A stretch of DNA of 64,000 bases, taken from Podarcis cretensis (lineage: Eukaryota). The notes below the pieces were generated by a model. That model worked only from the letters and a program-made list of their open reading frames with translations, did not search any database and had not been told where the DNA came from. The stretch spans positions 22,072,001 through 22,136,000 of the forward strand of contig OX638157.1 in assembly GCA_951804945.1 (NCBI GenBank), given 5' to 3'. The stretch's first letter is position 1. Each line of letters opens with the position of its first letter. Positions 12,313 through 25,958 of the stretch are shown one piece after another. Both the position numbers and the translations under genes were made by a program.

Positions 12313-14208
12313 AGTAGAAGTTATTGCTCTTGTTTTAGGCTAGGGGTGGGGAACCCTTTTCAACAGAAGGCACAGTGTCATTCCACTTCTCATGGTTAAA
12401 TAGATAGTCAGAAGCAAAAGGGGTGTGGCAAAATAAAATTCTGGCCTTTGATACAAGTTTTTGCTTCGTGGCCTTCACCTTCCTTCCTAGGCACCCTGTC
12501 TGCTGGCCTGAAGTTTACATCAAATTTCTTGGATTTTACTTCTGGGAGGGTAGTTGAATTACCCAGTTCCATTACAACCTGGTGGAACATCACATATTTA
12601 TTTTGAGCTTTATGCCACAGAAAATCTGTTAGTGCTTTAAGTTTTCAGAAGACGGCTGGTTTGGGGTTTTACCTCTGATCAAGGAAGGTCCAATCAAGCA
12701 AATAACATATATAAGTATATAAACAATAATATAGATTAAGCTTCTGTTTAGAGGTTTTGTGAAATACAAGAAGAACTGAGTCCTTTCTGTTAGGCTCATG
12801 GTGCTAGATGAATTGTTTTAAACTCAGAAGTGCATAATCTGTTTAGCAGTAAGGGCTGCATGTACCATGAACTGCAGATTGTGACCATGTGCAGCACTTC
12901 TTCACAGTCTTATCAGAGGTTGCTCAATGAGAAGATCAAAAAGGTGAACCATTCCCTAAAAGGCAGCTTTCCCCACCATTTGAAATTTCCCCCTGAAATG
13001 TACAGCCACTAGTCTTGACTGTGTTCTACCTTTTCAGTTCATGTGGGCGATTGTGAGGTCCAATAGGCCTGGCTAGCATCCCCTTCACAAGCTGACTGTT
13101 CATGCCAGAATAACTCCCCAGAACTTTCTGGAGGTAATGTGAAGGATTTCTGCGGCTTACATGTAGTTGCTTCTCAGCAGACAAATCAATGTAGAAAGGG
13201 TCCCTGAAGAAACAATGCTTGAAAGCCTTTATTCTAGAGGAAATAATGAAGTGTTTTACGCACGTCATAGCATATTATTCCTTTGTTTCAGATGACTGAA
13301 GAAGTGGAATAACCACATTATGCACTGCAGTACATTGCATTATGGTATTAGTGTGCCAGTAAAAATGTAATTTGGGTGGATATTAATGAATTTATATTTC
13401 AAGATTCTGAGTGCTAGCAAACAGATGTTGTCCTAGCTTAACTTTGTGTTCTTGTGAGTACAGAAAGATTGGCTGTAGAATTTTGCACACGCAACTGATC
13501 ACAGTCTTAACATTTCAACTGTATTTTAACTAGCAGCAGGTTCATTTTGTATGTGATAAGGCAGGGATAGCCTCCAGCTGTTCTTGGGACTACAACTTCA
13601 TCAGCCCTAGACAGCATAGCCAACACTCATCATAGGAAGCTTTTCAACAGACTTACCAATAATATATTGCGCCTTCAGGAACTCACTAGAAGTTTATATT
13701 CTGACCTACTCGGTGTAATGTGCTGAGGAAATTTATGCTGAGGAAAACTGCAGATTCTAGAGTGTTTCCTAAAAGATACAACCTCCTTCTTGCCCCCCAA
13801 TGGGTCACCATCTTCAGGAATATCACTTAAAGCAGTTGCTGTAACCACAATACCCATAAACACATGAACAATCCTAATACAGATCAGTGAAATTGTTTCC
13901 AATTAAAAAGGTAATTAAGTATTTATTTGTAACCTAAGGCCCTTTTTGTTGAAACATATGTAATTGCCATTATTCCTGTTTTCTGAAAATGCAGATTTTC
14001 CCTAAAACTCAAATCTCAATGCTACGATAAAGAATTCAGGCCATTTAGTAAAGCATATTTTGCCCGCAAAGGAACTTCCAAAAGGGAATGGCAGGATCTG
14101 TAGTCAGCCAATTACCGGTAGCTAACTGAAGAAAGTGTCTTGGTTGTAGAAGTCTCAACTCTCTCTACAATAGAATGTAGCAATCTTTGCGAAGGGACTA
14201 TATATGTG

Positions 14209-14575
14209 TGGAACGCAGGTGGCGCTGTGGGTAAAAGCCTCAGCGCCTAGGGCTTGCCGATCGAAAGGTCGGCGGTTCGAATCCCTGCAACGGGGTGCGC
14301 TCCCGTCGTTCGGTCCCAGCGCCTGCCAACCTAGCAGTTCGAAAGCACCCCTGGGTGCAAGTAGATAAATAGGGACCGCTTACTAGCGGAAAGGTAAACG
14401 GCGTTTCCGTGTGCGGCTCCAGCTCTGGCCAGAGCAGCGATGTCACGCTGGCCACGTGACCCGGAAGTGTCTCTGGACAGCGCTGGCCCCTGGCCTCTTG
14501 AGTGAGATGGGCGCACCAACCCCAGAGTCTGGCAAGACTGGCCCGTACGGGCAGGGGTACCTTTACCTTTACCTT
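14209..14575 (+). mobile_element. Sauria SINE (Squam1)
   Basis: tRNA-like head with ggttcgaatcc B box, (ACCTTT)n tail, and TSD tatatatgtg at 14199-14208 / 14576-14585. Confidence 0.93.
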
Positions 14576-14736
14576 TATATATGTGCTGTAACAGGAAACT
14601 TTATCTGTCAACACACAAGTAATGTTAGTGACTTTTACCCTGTGATAATGCTTTAGTGATAAACAATTTTATGAACTTGCTCACCATAAAAACATTCAAA
14701 ATCTTTCAAAAGATATCACATTGTTAGGACTTAGAG

Positions 14737-14865
14737 CAGGGATTGGGAACTTGTGGCTGTCCAGATGTTGTTAGACTCAAATTTAATCACCATGGTCAAT
14801 GGTCAGGCATGAGGGGGCTTTTTAAGTTCAGCAACATCTGGAGGATCACAGGCTCCCCATCCCTG
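14737..14865. mobile_element. hAT-Charlie (MER3/URR1-like) MITE
   Basis: cagggattgggaac...ctccccatccctg TIRs. 8-bp TSD acttagag / acttaggg. Confidence 0.8.
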
Positions 14866-15367
14866 ACTTAGGGCTTGACGGCAGAGTGAGTGAGGAACTG
14901 CTAATTCCTTATGTAAGGGCTGGGAAGGGAAAAATTACTTCTTGAGTAGGCATGGAGCCCCACTGCAAGGACAGTGAATTTCAGAGCAAAATGTAAATAT
15001 GGGGGTAAACTATGCAGGTCCCTCTTTTCCCTCTGCTTCATTTTAAATGCATTTACTTCCAGTCCTCCTTGATTTATATGGAACTGGCAGTGCCCATGTT
15101 GGATCCTGCCACTATCACATTGAGTGATAATCATTCTTGTTGACTGAATATTCAAGTGCGAGTCCATATGTATTTTAGTTGAAACAGAACCTCAATAGGT
15201 ACACACGTTGCTTAAACACAATGGAAGAAATATTGGTTTTTAGACAGAGATTCAATTCTTTTAAAAGGCAGAACTCAAGATCTATGCAACTCAAGGCACA
15301 ATTACGATGGTTTATGAAGAAGCCACAACCATCTGCAGAGGCCACATGAAACAAGAAAGCATCCTCA

Positions 15368-15508
<141 letters not shown>

Positions 15509-15804
15509 CTAAGAAAAAGAGAAGACGAAGAGAAAGGCTAAGGGTGCTAGAGGGAAAGATCTGGCACTGACATTTAGGAACAACAGTGTAACCACACAAG
15601 CATTACCGTGCTTTGGTCTTGAGACTCCAACCGCTCCCGCAGTTCAACTCAGAGCCATAACAGAGTGTGGTTCCCCTGGTACAACCATAATGCACCAAGA
15701 GTGAATGCTGGCCCCAAACTGATGTGCAACCACAGAATATAGTTATGGCAGTTTATAAAAGGGGATTAAACATCATCATTACAGCAAAATGAATTCTGGT
15801 TTTG

Positions 15805-16410
15805 GCCCTGTATACCTGAAGAAATGTCTCCACCTCTATCTTTCAGCCCAGACACTGAGATCCAGCTCCAAGGGCCTTCTGGTGGTTCCCTCATTGTGAG
15901 AACTGAGATTACAGGGAACCAATTCCCATCATCCCTGACCACTGGAGCTGCTAGCTAGGGATGATGGGAGTTGTACTCCAGAAACAGCTGGAGACTCAAG
16001 TTTGGGAAACTCTGACTTACTTTCCCAATGTAAGTGGAGAGAGCCACTGCATAGGAGGAGGTCCATGAAAAAGAACCTCAAGTGATGACTGCAGGGTCTG
16101 GGCCAATTCATATGGGGAGAAGCAGTCCTTGAGGTATTGTGGTCCTGAGCCATTTAAGGCTTTATAGGTCAAAAGTAACACTAGAAATTGGGTCCAGAAA
16201 CTAATTGGCAGCCAGTGTTGTTTGGCCAGGACTGGCATTATATGCTCAAACAGTCTTGCCCCAGTAAGCAATCTGGCCGCTGAATTCTGCACCAGCTGAC
16301 GTTTCTGAACCATGTTTGGAGGCAGCCCCACATAAAACATACTGCAGTAATCTAACCTAGAGATTATGAGAGCATAGACAACAGAAATTAGGTTCTCTCT
16401 GTTTGGATAA
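15805..16410. mobile_element. Cluster: L2 fragment (+, ~15805-15920), hAT MITE half (~15921-16014), L2 fragment (-, ~16040-16410)
   Basis: ORF 16017-16340 gives YVGLP...QLVQNSAARLLTG...HIMPVL..HWLP...YKALNG (L2 ORF2 C-terminus). The plus fragment matches about 35420-35540. Confidence 0.8.
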
Positions 16411-19009
16411 TTAATTAATTAATTAAGTAATTTAGTGTGCTCAGCCATCAATAGCTGAATGCAATCCCTCAAAACATAACAACAACAACAATTTATTTGT
16501 ACCCCACCCATCTTACTGGGTTGCCCTAGCTACTCTGGGCGGCTTCCAGCATATATATAAACATCGTAAATTCAATTATCTCATTGATTAGAGGGGAGGA
16601 ATAGCAAAGGAAATCAATTCCATCAACTGAAAAGCTCCCTAGATGCATTTTAATAATAGAGCTATTTAATACTTTTAAAATCAGAGTTGTACACATTATT
16701 TAAATACTGACATCCCTGCTGTAAATAAACCATTGTCTGCCTGACTTAAGTAACACAGTGAACAAACAAATCTGTTGCTGAACAAGAAATCTCCACCAAC
16801 CTGCCCTTAGCTGGATGTTTACTGCAGGTTCGCCACTGTGCACAGAAAAGCACTGCAACCCTCACCCTTTGGAATTCATCTTGAGACAGGATGAATTCAT
16901 TCATTACAGAGGAAGAAGTGTTATGCCTCTCAACTTTACTTCTCTCCCTGCCACACACACATCTTGCTTCGGGATCATAACTGGACTGACAGATGACAGT
17001 CTACTTGAGATTTAGAGATGGAATAGGGTGCATGTTCATGCACATAACTATTCATGCGCTATGGTTTGGTACTGCATCCAAACAAGGTCAATGGAATTCA
17101 TGTGGAAAGAGTTCTTGGGAGCAGCATACAGTCTGTAATTATACCAATTATTTGGAATTTTTCTTGAGTTTTGTGGCTTTATGCATGCTTTTGTGAGCAT
17201 GCATAAACAGGACTGGCCTAAGACATTTTGTTGCCCGAGGCAAAGGACAACACCATCCCACTCCATTCAAATCAGACTGAACTGGTCTGAGTGCTGAATC
17301 TTATTTAAACATAGGTGATGTGATAGCATCCCCTACTGCTCTTTAGGCAGCAGGCTAGTTTAGGGGTTCCAAGACAAGCTGTGCTGCATACACAGTTCTG
17401 CCCTCCAAAAGACGGTACAACCAGGGGCTTAAGAGGAACAAGAAAGTAAACACACCTCTCATTATAAGCAGACATGTTTCTGTTGCTGCATGAGGAACCT
17501 GAAATCTTGATGAGACACGCAGATGTGGGGCTATGCAGATCGGAGCTGAGTTCCTAAAGATTCCTCGCTTCCTTCAGACTGGCTGTGAGGAGGAGACTAT
17601 ACGCAATTGCTTCCATTTTAAATCAATTGCACTTTGCCAGTTTTGCAGTAGGTAATCTGCATCGCACAGACCTCTGTACTGTCCCCATGAATGAGATGTC
17701 ATATAACACATGCACACCAACATAAAGGTTTACTTAAAAGGAACATATACTCAGCATTCCAATACAGAAGGACCTCCTAGGACCTTATCTGGGCATTCAA
17801 AATACAGGGTAATAACACTGTGAGGCAGAAGAGTGGGGCCACACTTACTTGCCTCACCCTCACTGCCACACCCCACATAATGTCCTCCTTAATATTGTCC
17901 ACATGTTGCAGATCAAGTCTGCAGCAAAGCAGTCTGCTAATTTGTGTAGGTTGCACCCTCTCAAGATTTCAGCTCAGGGTCACTGCATTTTCACAGTTAA
18001 CTCACATTTGGTATGCTGTCTCGTTGCAGGCAAGTTCCCAAATGTACGTTGGGAGGAGGTCAATGTGGGGCATGAGGGCAGGCACACAATGTGTGTAGAG
18101 TGATAATTGTGTGAGGCTCTACCCTCTTGCCTCGCACAATTATCACTGTGGGGTGTGTCTTGAATAGCTTAATAAGGCTACTGAGATCTCACTGAAGTAG
18201 AAGAAGCAGGCATCTGTGGGATATCTCTTGCAACAGCTCTTGCTTCAGCTTGCAAATCAGTTTTTATTCATGGCTTTGACCATCAGCTCCAAGCTCCACC
18301 AAAATTGCAGTAAATTATTGCTTTTGAAAAGTAACATAGTTTCCAAAAAGTCATCTCTAGATTATGGGTAATGGATGCCACATTGATGTGGTGTGGAAAA
18401 TGTTATGCAATGCATTTTCCCCATTTCTAAAAACCCACCCCTTCCTGGGGGGGAGGGGAAATAATTCATAACACAATGAATGGCTACAATGCTAATCAAA
18501 TCAAAGATTTTCTTCAGGTGACCCTTACTAGGAAGCATGCATGCATATTTAATATTAGTATCAATGCATAGACTTCTTTTGAGTATGATAAAATTACTAT
18601 GTTCACAGTTTTCCATGCCTACATTTTTCTTTATATGTAAACTATGCTCTTGAATCGCTGTATCTTGAAACCATTCACAAGTATTTGAAAGAAAATAATT
18701 TCTAAGCAAAGCTTTTCTGTTTGATTGAAAAGAAATGTAAACCACATTGACACAGCAATCCTCTCTAGGGGCTGGGGAAATGCAGAGCAACAGATCCTCT
18801 GCTGCAATCAAAGCCCTGCTGACAGAAGGTTGGAAGTGTGCTCGTTTGCTATACTAGCTCCAGGCTGGTACAGCTGAGGGTACCAAGGATTGGGTACCTT
18901 GGGGAATGTGCAGAGCTTAGGATCCAGTTGATCCCAAGCCTCTAGTACCCTGCTTCAAACACTCCGTTTTCATGGCTACCTCTGTCATAAGGACTACTGG
19001 TGGTAGCTA

Positions 19010-19427
19010 CCATATTTTTTGCTCTATAAGACGCACTTTTCCCCTCCTAAAAAGTAAGGGGAAATGTGTGTGCGTCTTATGGAGTGAATGCAGGCAGGAG
19101 GCTCTGCTCAGCGCTCCCTTTAAAGAGCTGCGTGGAGCGTGTGCGGCTCTTGGGGGAGCACACTCTGCGCACTCCTTAAAGGGAGCGCGGCTCTTGGGTG
19201 AGCCTTAGCTGTGCGCAGCCTCTCCCGGGCAGGGGATGAAGGCTCCCCTTGCCCGGGAGAGGCTTGCTCATGGCTATCCCATAAGACAGGGCTATCCCAT
19301 AAGCTGTGCAGTGATCCCGCTTGCTGTCCTGGCTTCGGGCATTCAGAATATTTTTTTTCTTGTTTTCCTCTTCCAAAAACTAGGTGTGTCTTATGGTCTG
19401 GTGCGTCTTATAGAGCGAAAAATACAG
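19010..19427. mobile_element. Tc1/mariner (Tc2/pogo-like) non-autonomous element
   Basis: TA|ccatattttttgctctataagacgcac ... gtgcgtcttatagagcgaaaaatacag|TA. About 27-bp TIRs with a GC-rich interior. Confidence 0.88.
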
Positions 19428-20244
19428 TAGCTGTTTGGGCAGAGCTGGGCGATCTGCCATCTGGTTTTCCCTTTCATGGATAGATAGAAAGGTATGTACC
19501 ATCCTAAGTACTCTCACAGGATGCTATCTAAAGTGTGCTTTATCATTATTTTCCCCTATTTCAGTTAAAATAATCTGATGATGGAAAAAACTTTCCAGAT
19601 ATTATATAGAATATCAAATTAATATAAACTTTTTTTAGAAAAAAAGTTTACTAACCTGAAGTCAAATAAATATTCTAAATCAGATCCCACACTATTGAAG
19701 CTATTGGAAATCGCCACACACACCTGGGTCAACACCACCATCCCAGCAATCGCTGAATACGCAACAACATATTGTTTGAACATGACAAGTTGTCAAGAGG
19801 GGTGGCGACTATTTGCACTCTGATCAAGATAAGGATCAGTGTAGGGAAGCAACTTTCTACAAATGTTATCACTGGGAACCACAGATGGAAAATTTGATTT
19901 GCATGTACACACAGCATACTCACCCTACTCACACATACATATTCTGGATGACATAGCCAAGCATAGATACCTGCATAACCATAGCTGTATTGGAGTAAAG
20001 AACTAATGTATAGAAGAAAATTCAACAGCAAACCCCATAGACACAACAAAACCAGTTTTTTTGGAAAGCAAAATAAGAATGATTGATTTAACTCCATTTC
20101 TGTAGTTGCCACATTAAATAAGCGAGCTAAGTGAAGTTATTTTCTTCTTCTTACTTTTTAGGACAACTACCAAGGAGGACAATCCTAGAAGAGTTTTAGT
20201 GCAATGAGAAAAGACAAACATTTTGGGTTGTCTTCAACTAAATC

Positions 20245-20344
20245 CTATTCAGAGTAGACCCACTGAAATTTAAGGACCTAAGTTAGCCATGTCCATTAAT
20301 TTCAATAAATCCACTCCTGAGGATGTTTAACATTGGATCCACCC
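20245..20344. mobile_element. Short palindromic MITE-like repeat (gagtagacccactgaaatt family)
   Basis: The same motif recurs at about 55070-55640. Confidence 0.55.
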
Positions 20345-20454
20345 CTTCACTTTTAATTCTCCCATATGACAACAGTGGAAAAAGTGAGAGATGGTATTTG
20401 GAGCAAAGCAAAGTTTGCTTAGTGGCATTTTGGAGTTGTGCTATCCAAACTTAC

Positions 20455-20600
20455 TTTTCTGATGTCATCTAAAGTGTTGATCTCTGGAGACAGGCCACCA
20501 TGAACACACAGGAACTGTTGGTTCATCAGAGCAGCCAAGGGAAGGCAGTCAAAGGCATCCATGCAGGCATCATACACACGTTCTGAATACTTTATTTTAC
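20455..20600 (-). CDS. PPP3CA: Calcineurin A alpha, internal exon equivalent to exon 5
   Basis: ccaaaag|GT AAA ATA...ATC AGA AAA|gtaagt. 146 nt encoding (C)[48 protein letters not shown], with the HGG motif. Confidence 0.97.
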
Positions 20601-21108
20601 CTTTTGGATAATAAGATAGTATCAGAAAAAAGTACTTGAAAAGAGGGGAGAATACTGTATTAAAGAATTCAGACCTAAATTCTGTGGGCCTGTGAGAACC
20701 AGCTTTTAGTCTCAAAAACTAAATTATTAATATTGACATATTAATCTCTTCCCATATATTTTCTGCACACCTTTGCAAGTAAATAATTTATGGTCTTCCG
20801 TTAGAGAGATAATGCAGTTTCTATGAAAACGGGGACACAAACATTGCCACTTCTCCTTTCCAACCACCACCACCAATACATCATTGGACAAGGGTGTCTA
20901 GCATACATTCAAATCCTCTGCTTTGATTGTGACTTGGTTAATATTCAGTGCTACTGATTCATGGCTTTTAGGTAAAGATGTTCAGTCAGAACCTGTTGGG
21001 CAGCTAAGACAGCCATTAGCTAACCTTTCCCAGTTGACCATGCCTGCAGAATTTAGGCTGGTGTGCAAGGGTGAATGAACTTGCCACCTTCCTTAAGGCA
21101 ACATCAAA

Positions 21109-21168
21109 TTTGAGTTTTGGGCAGTTAACTTTGGTGGCTTTGAGTTTTTGGCAGTTAACTTTGGTGGC
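21109..21168 (+). repeat. 30-bp tandem duplication
   Basis: tttgagtttt(g/t)ggcagttaactttggtggc x2. Confidence 0.9.
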
Positions 21169-22456
21169 TTAATTTAATTTATTATAGTTCACAAGGATTG
21201 TCTGTCCAGTTTCGACTGAAAGGCTTTTGAATTAGTTGTTTCCTGCTTTCGTCTATCATTTTAGAGTAATTGGGCTTTTCATTCTGTTTGCCATTTCGTT
21301 TTATGATATTTTATAGTTTTAAAAGATTTTATTAAGCTTCCTCGAACACCATTAGGCAAAAGCGCTGCATACAAATCCTTTAAATGAATAAATATTAAGC
21401 AAATCTTAAATGATGAAATCATGAATGCTAAATGTCATGGAGACTAATGAACATTTAAAGTCACATTATATATATAAAAAAACCCACCATATCAACAGTT
21501 CTCTAGTCATCCTAGAAGGTTTCTCCAAAGAGCTATAATTTCATTTTAGATTCTATTATATATTCTCCTGCCCTTTGAAAGGGTAGGTCAGTATAGAAAC
21601 CGCCACCACACATCTTCTTAATGATTTGCAGAAACATCATTATGAAATAAATGAGATTGTTCAATTAATTTGAAATGTTAATTTATAAATATGCATATTA
21701 AAAACTCAGTAAATTACAAATCGTTCAAGTCAATTAATAACCTTTTTATCCTCCACTCTGTAAAGGAAATGTCATTGTACATTGTTCTGTAGGTCATGTT
21801 TCCCCAAATGTGGCCACTGTGGATTTTAATGCAGCTCTGAAGGCAAAAGGTGCATGTGGTGGTGGAGTAGACAACATGAAAAAAAAGAGGTTGGTACCCA
21901 GGTGAGGGAAGACCGACTGCTGGTAACCTTGCCCCTACTCTGGACCCAAGGGCCAACTATATGTGTAGCTGCCCTATTTAAGTGCACCTCTTTCCTGTTA
22001 GTGTAATTTGTTTTAAACTGTTCTTAATATTGAATTTTAAATGGTTGTAACCCACCATGACCCATCACTGAAATGGTGATGATGATATGGTCCTAAGTTT
22101 CTACCTCCAATTTCTAGGTGTGACCTACTGCCCTGTCACATTCTCTAAACTCCCAATGCCTGTCAATTCCTTCTTGCCATCAGATGGCCATCAGACTAAC
22201 CCTCCAGCGAAACAGGGCCCATGTGCTACCCTGTTTGGATCATGATCACTCTGCTGAAAGACCGCAGCGATTTGGAACAAACACGGGACAGTAGAACTCT
22301 ATGTTGCAGTCCTGTATCCAGAGCAACAAGGTAAAGTGTCTGGGCAAGGCATGCTTATATGGGCAAGGATCGTACACCAAGGTTATGAGGACTAAGTTGT
22401 CTATCATATTGCAGCTATTCATGAGCATGATTCCCTTTAAACTGAATGCAGGTTTA

Positions 22457-22693
<237 letters not shown>

Positions 22694-24686
22694 TTAAGAA
22701 TGAAGAGTGCATTCTGTTTTACAAAAGACAACATGTATGACGTGTTTTTTTAAATATTAAACATTTTCTAATTACAATGCCCGCTCCTTCAGAAGCTTAC
22801 CAAAACTATCAAACATTTTTAATAGCTGTGTATTGTGTACGTTCTACAGCAAGCTTGGCTTAACTAGTCATCATGATGTTTTAATATTTCTTAATATTAA
22901 ATAATGTGGACATTTATTTTCACATAATTTGTTCCCACCCCTTTCCCAAGCTCTCTAAAACCCAGGAAAACCAGATCAGGAAAAAAATAACCCAACTGGG
23001 TAGACAGCACAACACTAATTAGCTAGGAAAGTATATCATACAATTATCAGCACTGCCTAATAGCTGTTTAAACAGAGCATTTGATTAGCATTTTATGAAA
23101 GGAAATTCATCTGCAAAGCTATGTGGAGAAATAAAACAATTTTGTATGATATAAAATCTGTAAGTGATCTACTAAACTCTACTAAAATCTCAGGATTGTG
23201 TCCAATGCTGCACTACAACAGGACTTCCATCTCCTCTCCGCTCTGCATGCAACCCCAGAATCTGCTCTAGAAGGTCTCCTCCAGGGGCTTGGATGGACAC
23301 AGAAGAGGAAGAGGAAATTCTGTTGTTTCAGCATGGAAGCAAAGAACCCAACAACATGATTCAATTCTCTAGATGTACAGCAGGCAAAACACAGTTGAAG
23401 AGTTGCTTGGCTGCTTTCATTTTTCATTTGATCTGTTTTCATAATTTACTTCTATATCCATGATGCAGCAGCCTTTTGAGGTGAAGCAATGACCTTAACT
23501 GTGGTTTTCCAAGGATTTGTGATTTCAGACAACAGCAAACTTTGCAATAGTGCTGTGCCAAACCTTTGGTGTCTTCCCCATTTGAAGAAGAGATGCCTCA
23601 CCAGGGGTCATTGCAATGAGCTGTACTGCTCTGAGTGAGTGAAAGACTTTCTCTCAATGCTTTTGGGATTGAACAAAACCACCTCAGCATGCACACTATA
23701 AGCAGGAAATGAAAAAATATAATTTTTCTGTTGAGAAATTTCACCTACCAGCTGCTCTTTTCAAAGCAATCTTTGCTTCATTCCAGCAGCCCTTTGAATG
23801 GTGTGCGAAAGTTTGGTACAACACTAGTTAGCACAAACTGTTGCTCCTTGAAAACTATGGTTTGTAAACTAGTGTAAGTTCAGACAATGCTTTGGACACT
23901 TTTTATGCAAAGGTGGGATATAAATGTAACAAATACACAAACAACACAAACCATCATTTATTTTTTTAATGTTTCTGTCATCTCAGAATCTGACAAATTA
24001 TCCCTTTTAACTGCTGACCAAGTTGGGCCTTTAAAAAGAATTTGTGATGTTTTTGGTAGGCTCTCTTTTGTTTTATCTCACTGATGTTGGAGAGAATAAA
24101 AAAATGTTTTCATGCTTGTTAAAGACTACTTTATCTCCTTAAGTAGTGCATGTGTGCCGGGGGGGGGGGGGAGGCGGTGAAGAGAAGGGAGGATGGTAGA
24201 TCATATTCACCACATATAAACCTCACAAAATTAAATGAGACTTGAGCAGAGAAAAGAGAGGCAAACGTGAACTCGAGAACAGAGAAAGAAAAATGTAACT
24301 TTTGAAGTTGCTCTCTTTTAAGCAGCCCTATAGCTACTCTTATTGCCAAGTCATCTCTTCTTTAGATACTTGGAAAAAATGAGGACAAAAGCTTCCCAGA
24401 GGCTTTATTTCATGCATGAGATGCTGATTAACAAAAGCTAGCACATTAACCTACAGCACTCCTTCCAGTACTTTTTTAAAATTCAGAAGAGGGAATGGAC
24501 ATTTCCATAGGTAATAGAAACATCCAGAAACACAGCATATAACAAACAATTTAGAGAAAAAACAAAAATGCTAGCAGGGGAGAAGACCGTAATCGTGTGG
24601 GAAAACCTTCTAACTTTTGAAATGGGGAGGAGGCTTAATTTCAGGACGGCTTCTTAGGAGGCACAATCATGACAATCTGTGCAAGG

Positions 24687-24950
24687 TAGGGCTGGCGATA
24701 TCCGGTTTTCAACATTGTGATATATCACCAGAAAACCATTGTAATACAGTGATATATCATGATGTCTGAAATAAGAAGGGGTGGCTGGGCTGTGGAGGGA
24801 GGGATTGGGCAGGAGGTGAGGCCAGAAAGAAGGGAGGAAGGAGGCAGCCTGCTTGCTTGGGATGAAAGACGCAGCCGGCTTACTTGGGCGCAGGCAGGCA
24901 GACGGGCAAGCACCTTCTCGGGCTCCCTCTACTGAGGCCATCACTCTTTT
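24687..24950. mobile_element. hAT-like element fragment (TAGGGCTG terminus)
   Basis: tagggctggcgatat... with gatatatc subterminal repeats and a GC-rich interior. The other terminus was not seen. Confidence 0.5.
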
Positions 24951-25030
24951 TTAAAGCACCACACTTCAGGACAAATTTGATTTACTCCCTGCATCTACCT
25001 GGCAACTCTTAAAACTCAGTATGGTACAGA

Positions 25031-25333
25031 ATTCTTAAGGAAATCAGCCCTGAGTGCTCACTGGAAGGACAGATCCTGAAGCTAAGGCTCCAATACTTTG
25101 GCCACCTCATGAGAAGAGAAGACTCCCTGGAAAAGACCCTGATGTTGGGAAAGATGGAGGGCACAAGGAGAAGGGGACGACCGAGGACGAGATGGTTGGA
25201 CAGTGTTCTCAAAGCTATGAACATGAATTTGACCAAGCTGCGGGAGGCAGTGGAAGACAGGAGTGCCTGGCATGCTCTGGTCCATGGGGTCACGAAGAGT
25301 CGGACACGACTAAACCATTAAACAACAACAACA
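25031..25333 (+). mobile_element. 5'-truncated BovB LINE
   Basis: Matches about 9215-9513. (CAA)n tail. TSD atggtacagaa at 25021-25031 / 25334-25344. Confidence 0.95.
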
Positions 25334-25771
25334 ATGGTACAGAAGCAAGATTTGGCCCAGATGCATTGAGTGCAGCAGACACACCATATCTCCTGCAAAA
25401 GTCATGTGGCTTCTTCTTGAGAAAACTCATCAGGTGTAAGACTAAGCTGTGTTCTAAACCCAGTAAGACATGCGTGGGACAAAGAATGAGAAGCACACAC
25501 AATGGGGGGGGGAGCCTTACATAGTACTAAACTAGCCATTCACAACATTAAACTGAGTTTAATTCAACAGAAAATGCTTTTTTAGACTGGATACCAACAT
25601 GCTTGAAGCCCAGGGGTATCACATGACTCTTGTAGATGCAAGCAGCCACAAGCAAACCTCTATCTCATGTACTATGAAACTGCCCAGTAATCCACCCTTT
25701 CTGGAAGTAAGTACAGGCTGTTCTGTTTTACTTAAATACACAGCAAAGAATTCTAGCTCACAGCTCTAGAT

Positions 25772-25958
25772 TGTGTACACACAATACATTTAAAGCACAT
25801 TCAAAGCACATTTTCTCCCCTCAAAGTATTATGGGCATTGTAGTTTGTAAAGGGATGGTGGGGATTGCAATGCTCTGAGGGGTAAACTACAATGCCCAGA
25901 ATTCTTTGAGGGAGAGAATATTCTTCAAATGTGCTTTAATGGTGTAGAGTGTGCACAG
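25772..25958. mobile_element. Palindromic MITE
   Basis: tgtgtacac...taaagcacatt...cctcaaag...gggcattgtagttt mirrored by aaactacaatgccc...ctttgagg...aatgtgcttta...gtgtgcaca. Confidence 0.7.

Noticed and set aside
14240-14656. Recurrent ORFs containing EPHTETPFTFPLVSGPYLSTC (also at 33.2 and 55.3 kb)
   Set aside because: Translations of Sauria SINE copies, not a protein family.
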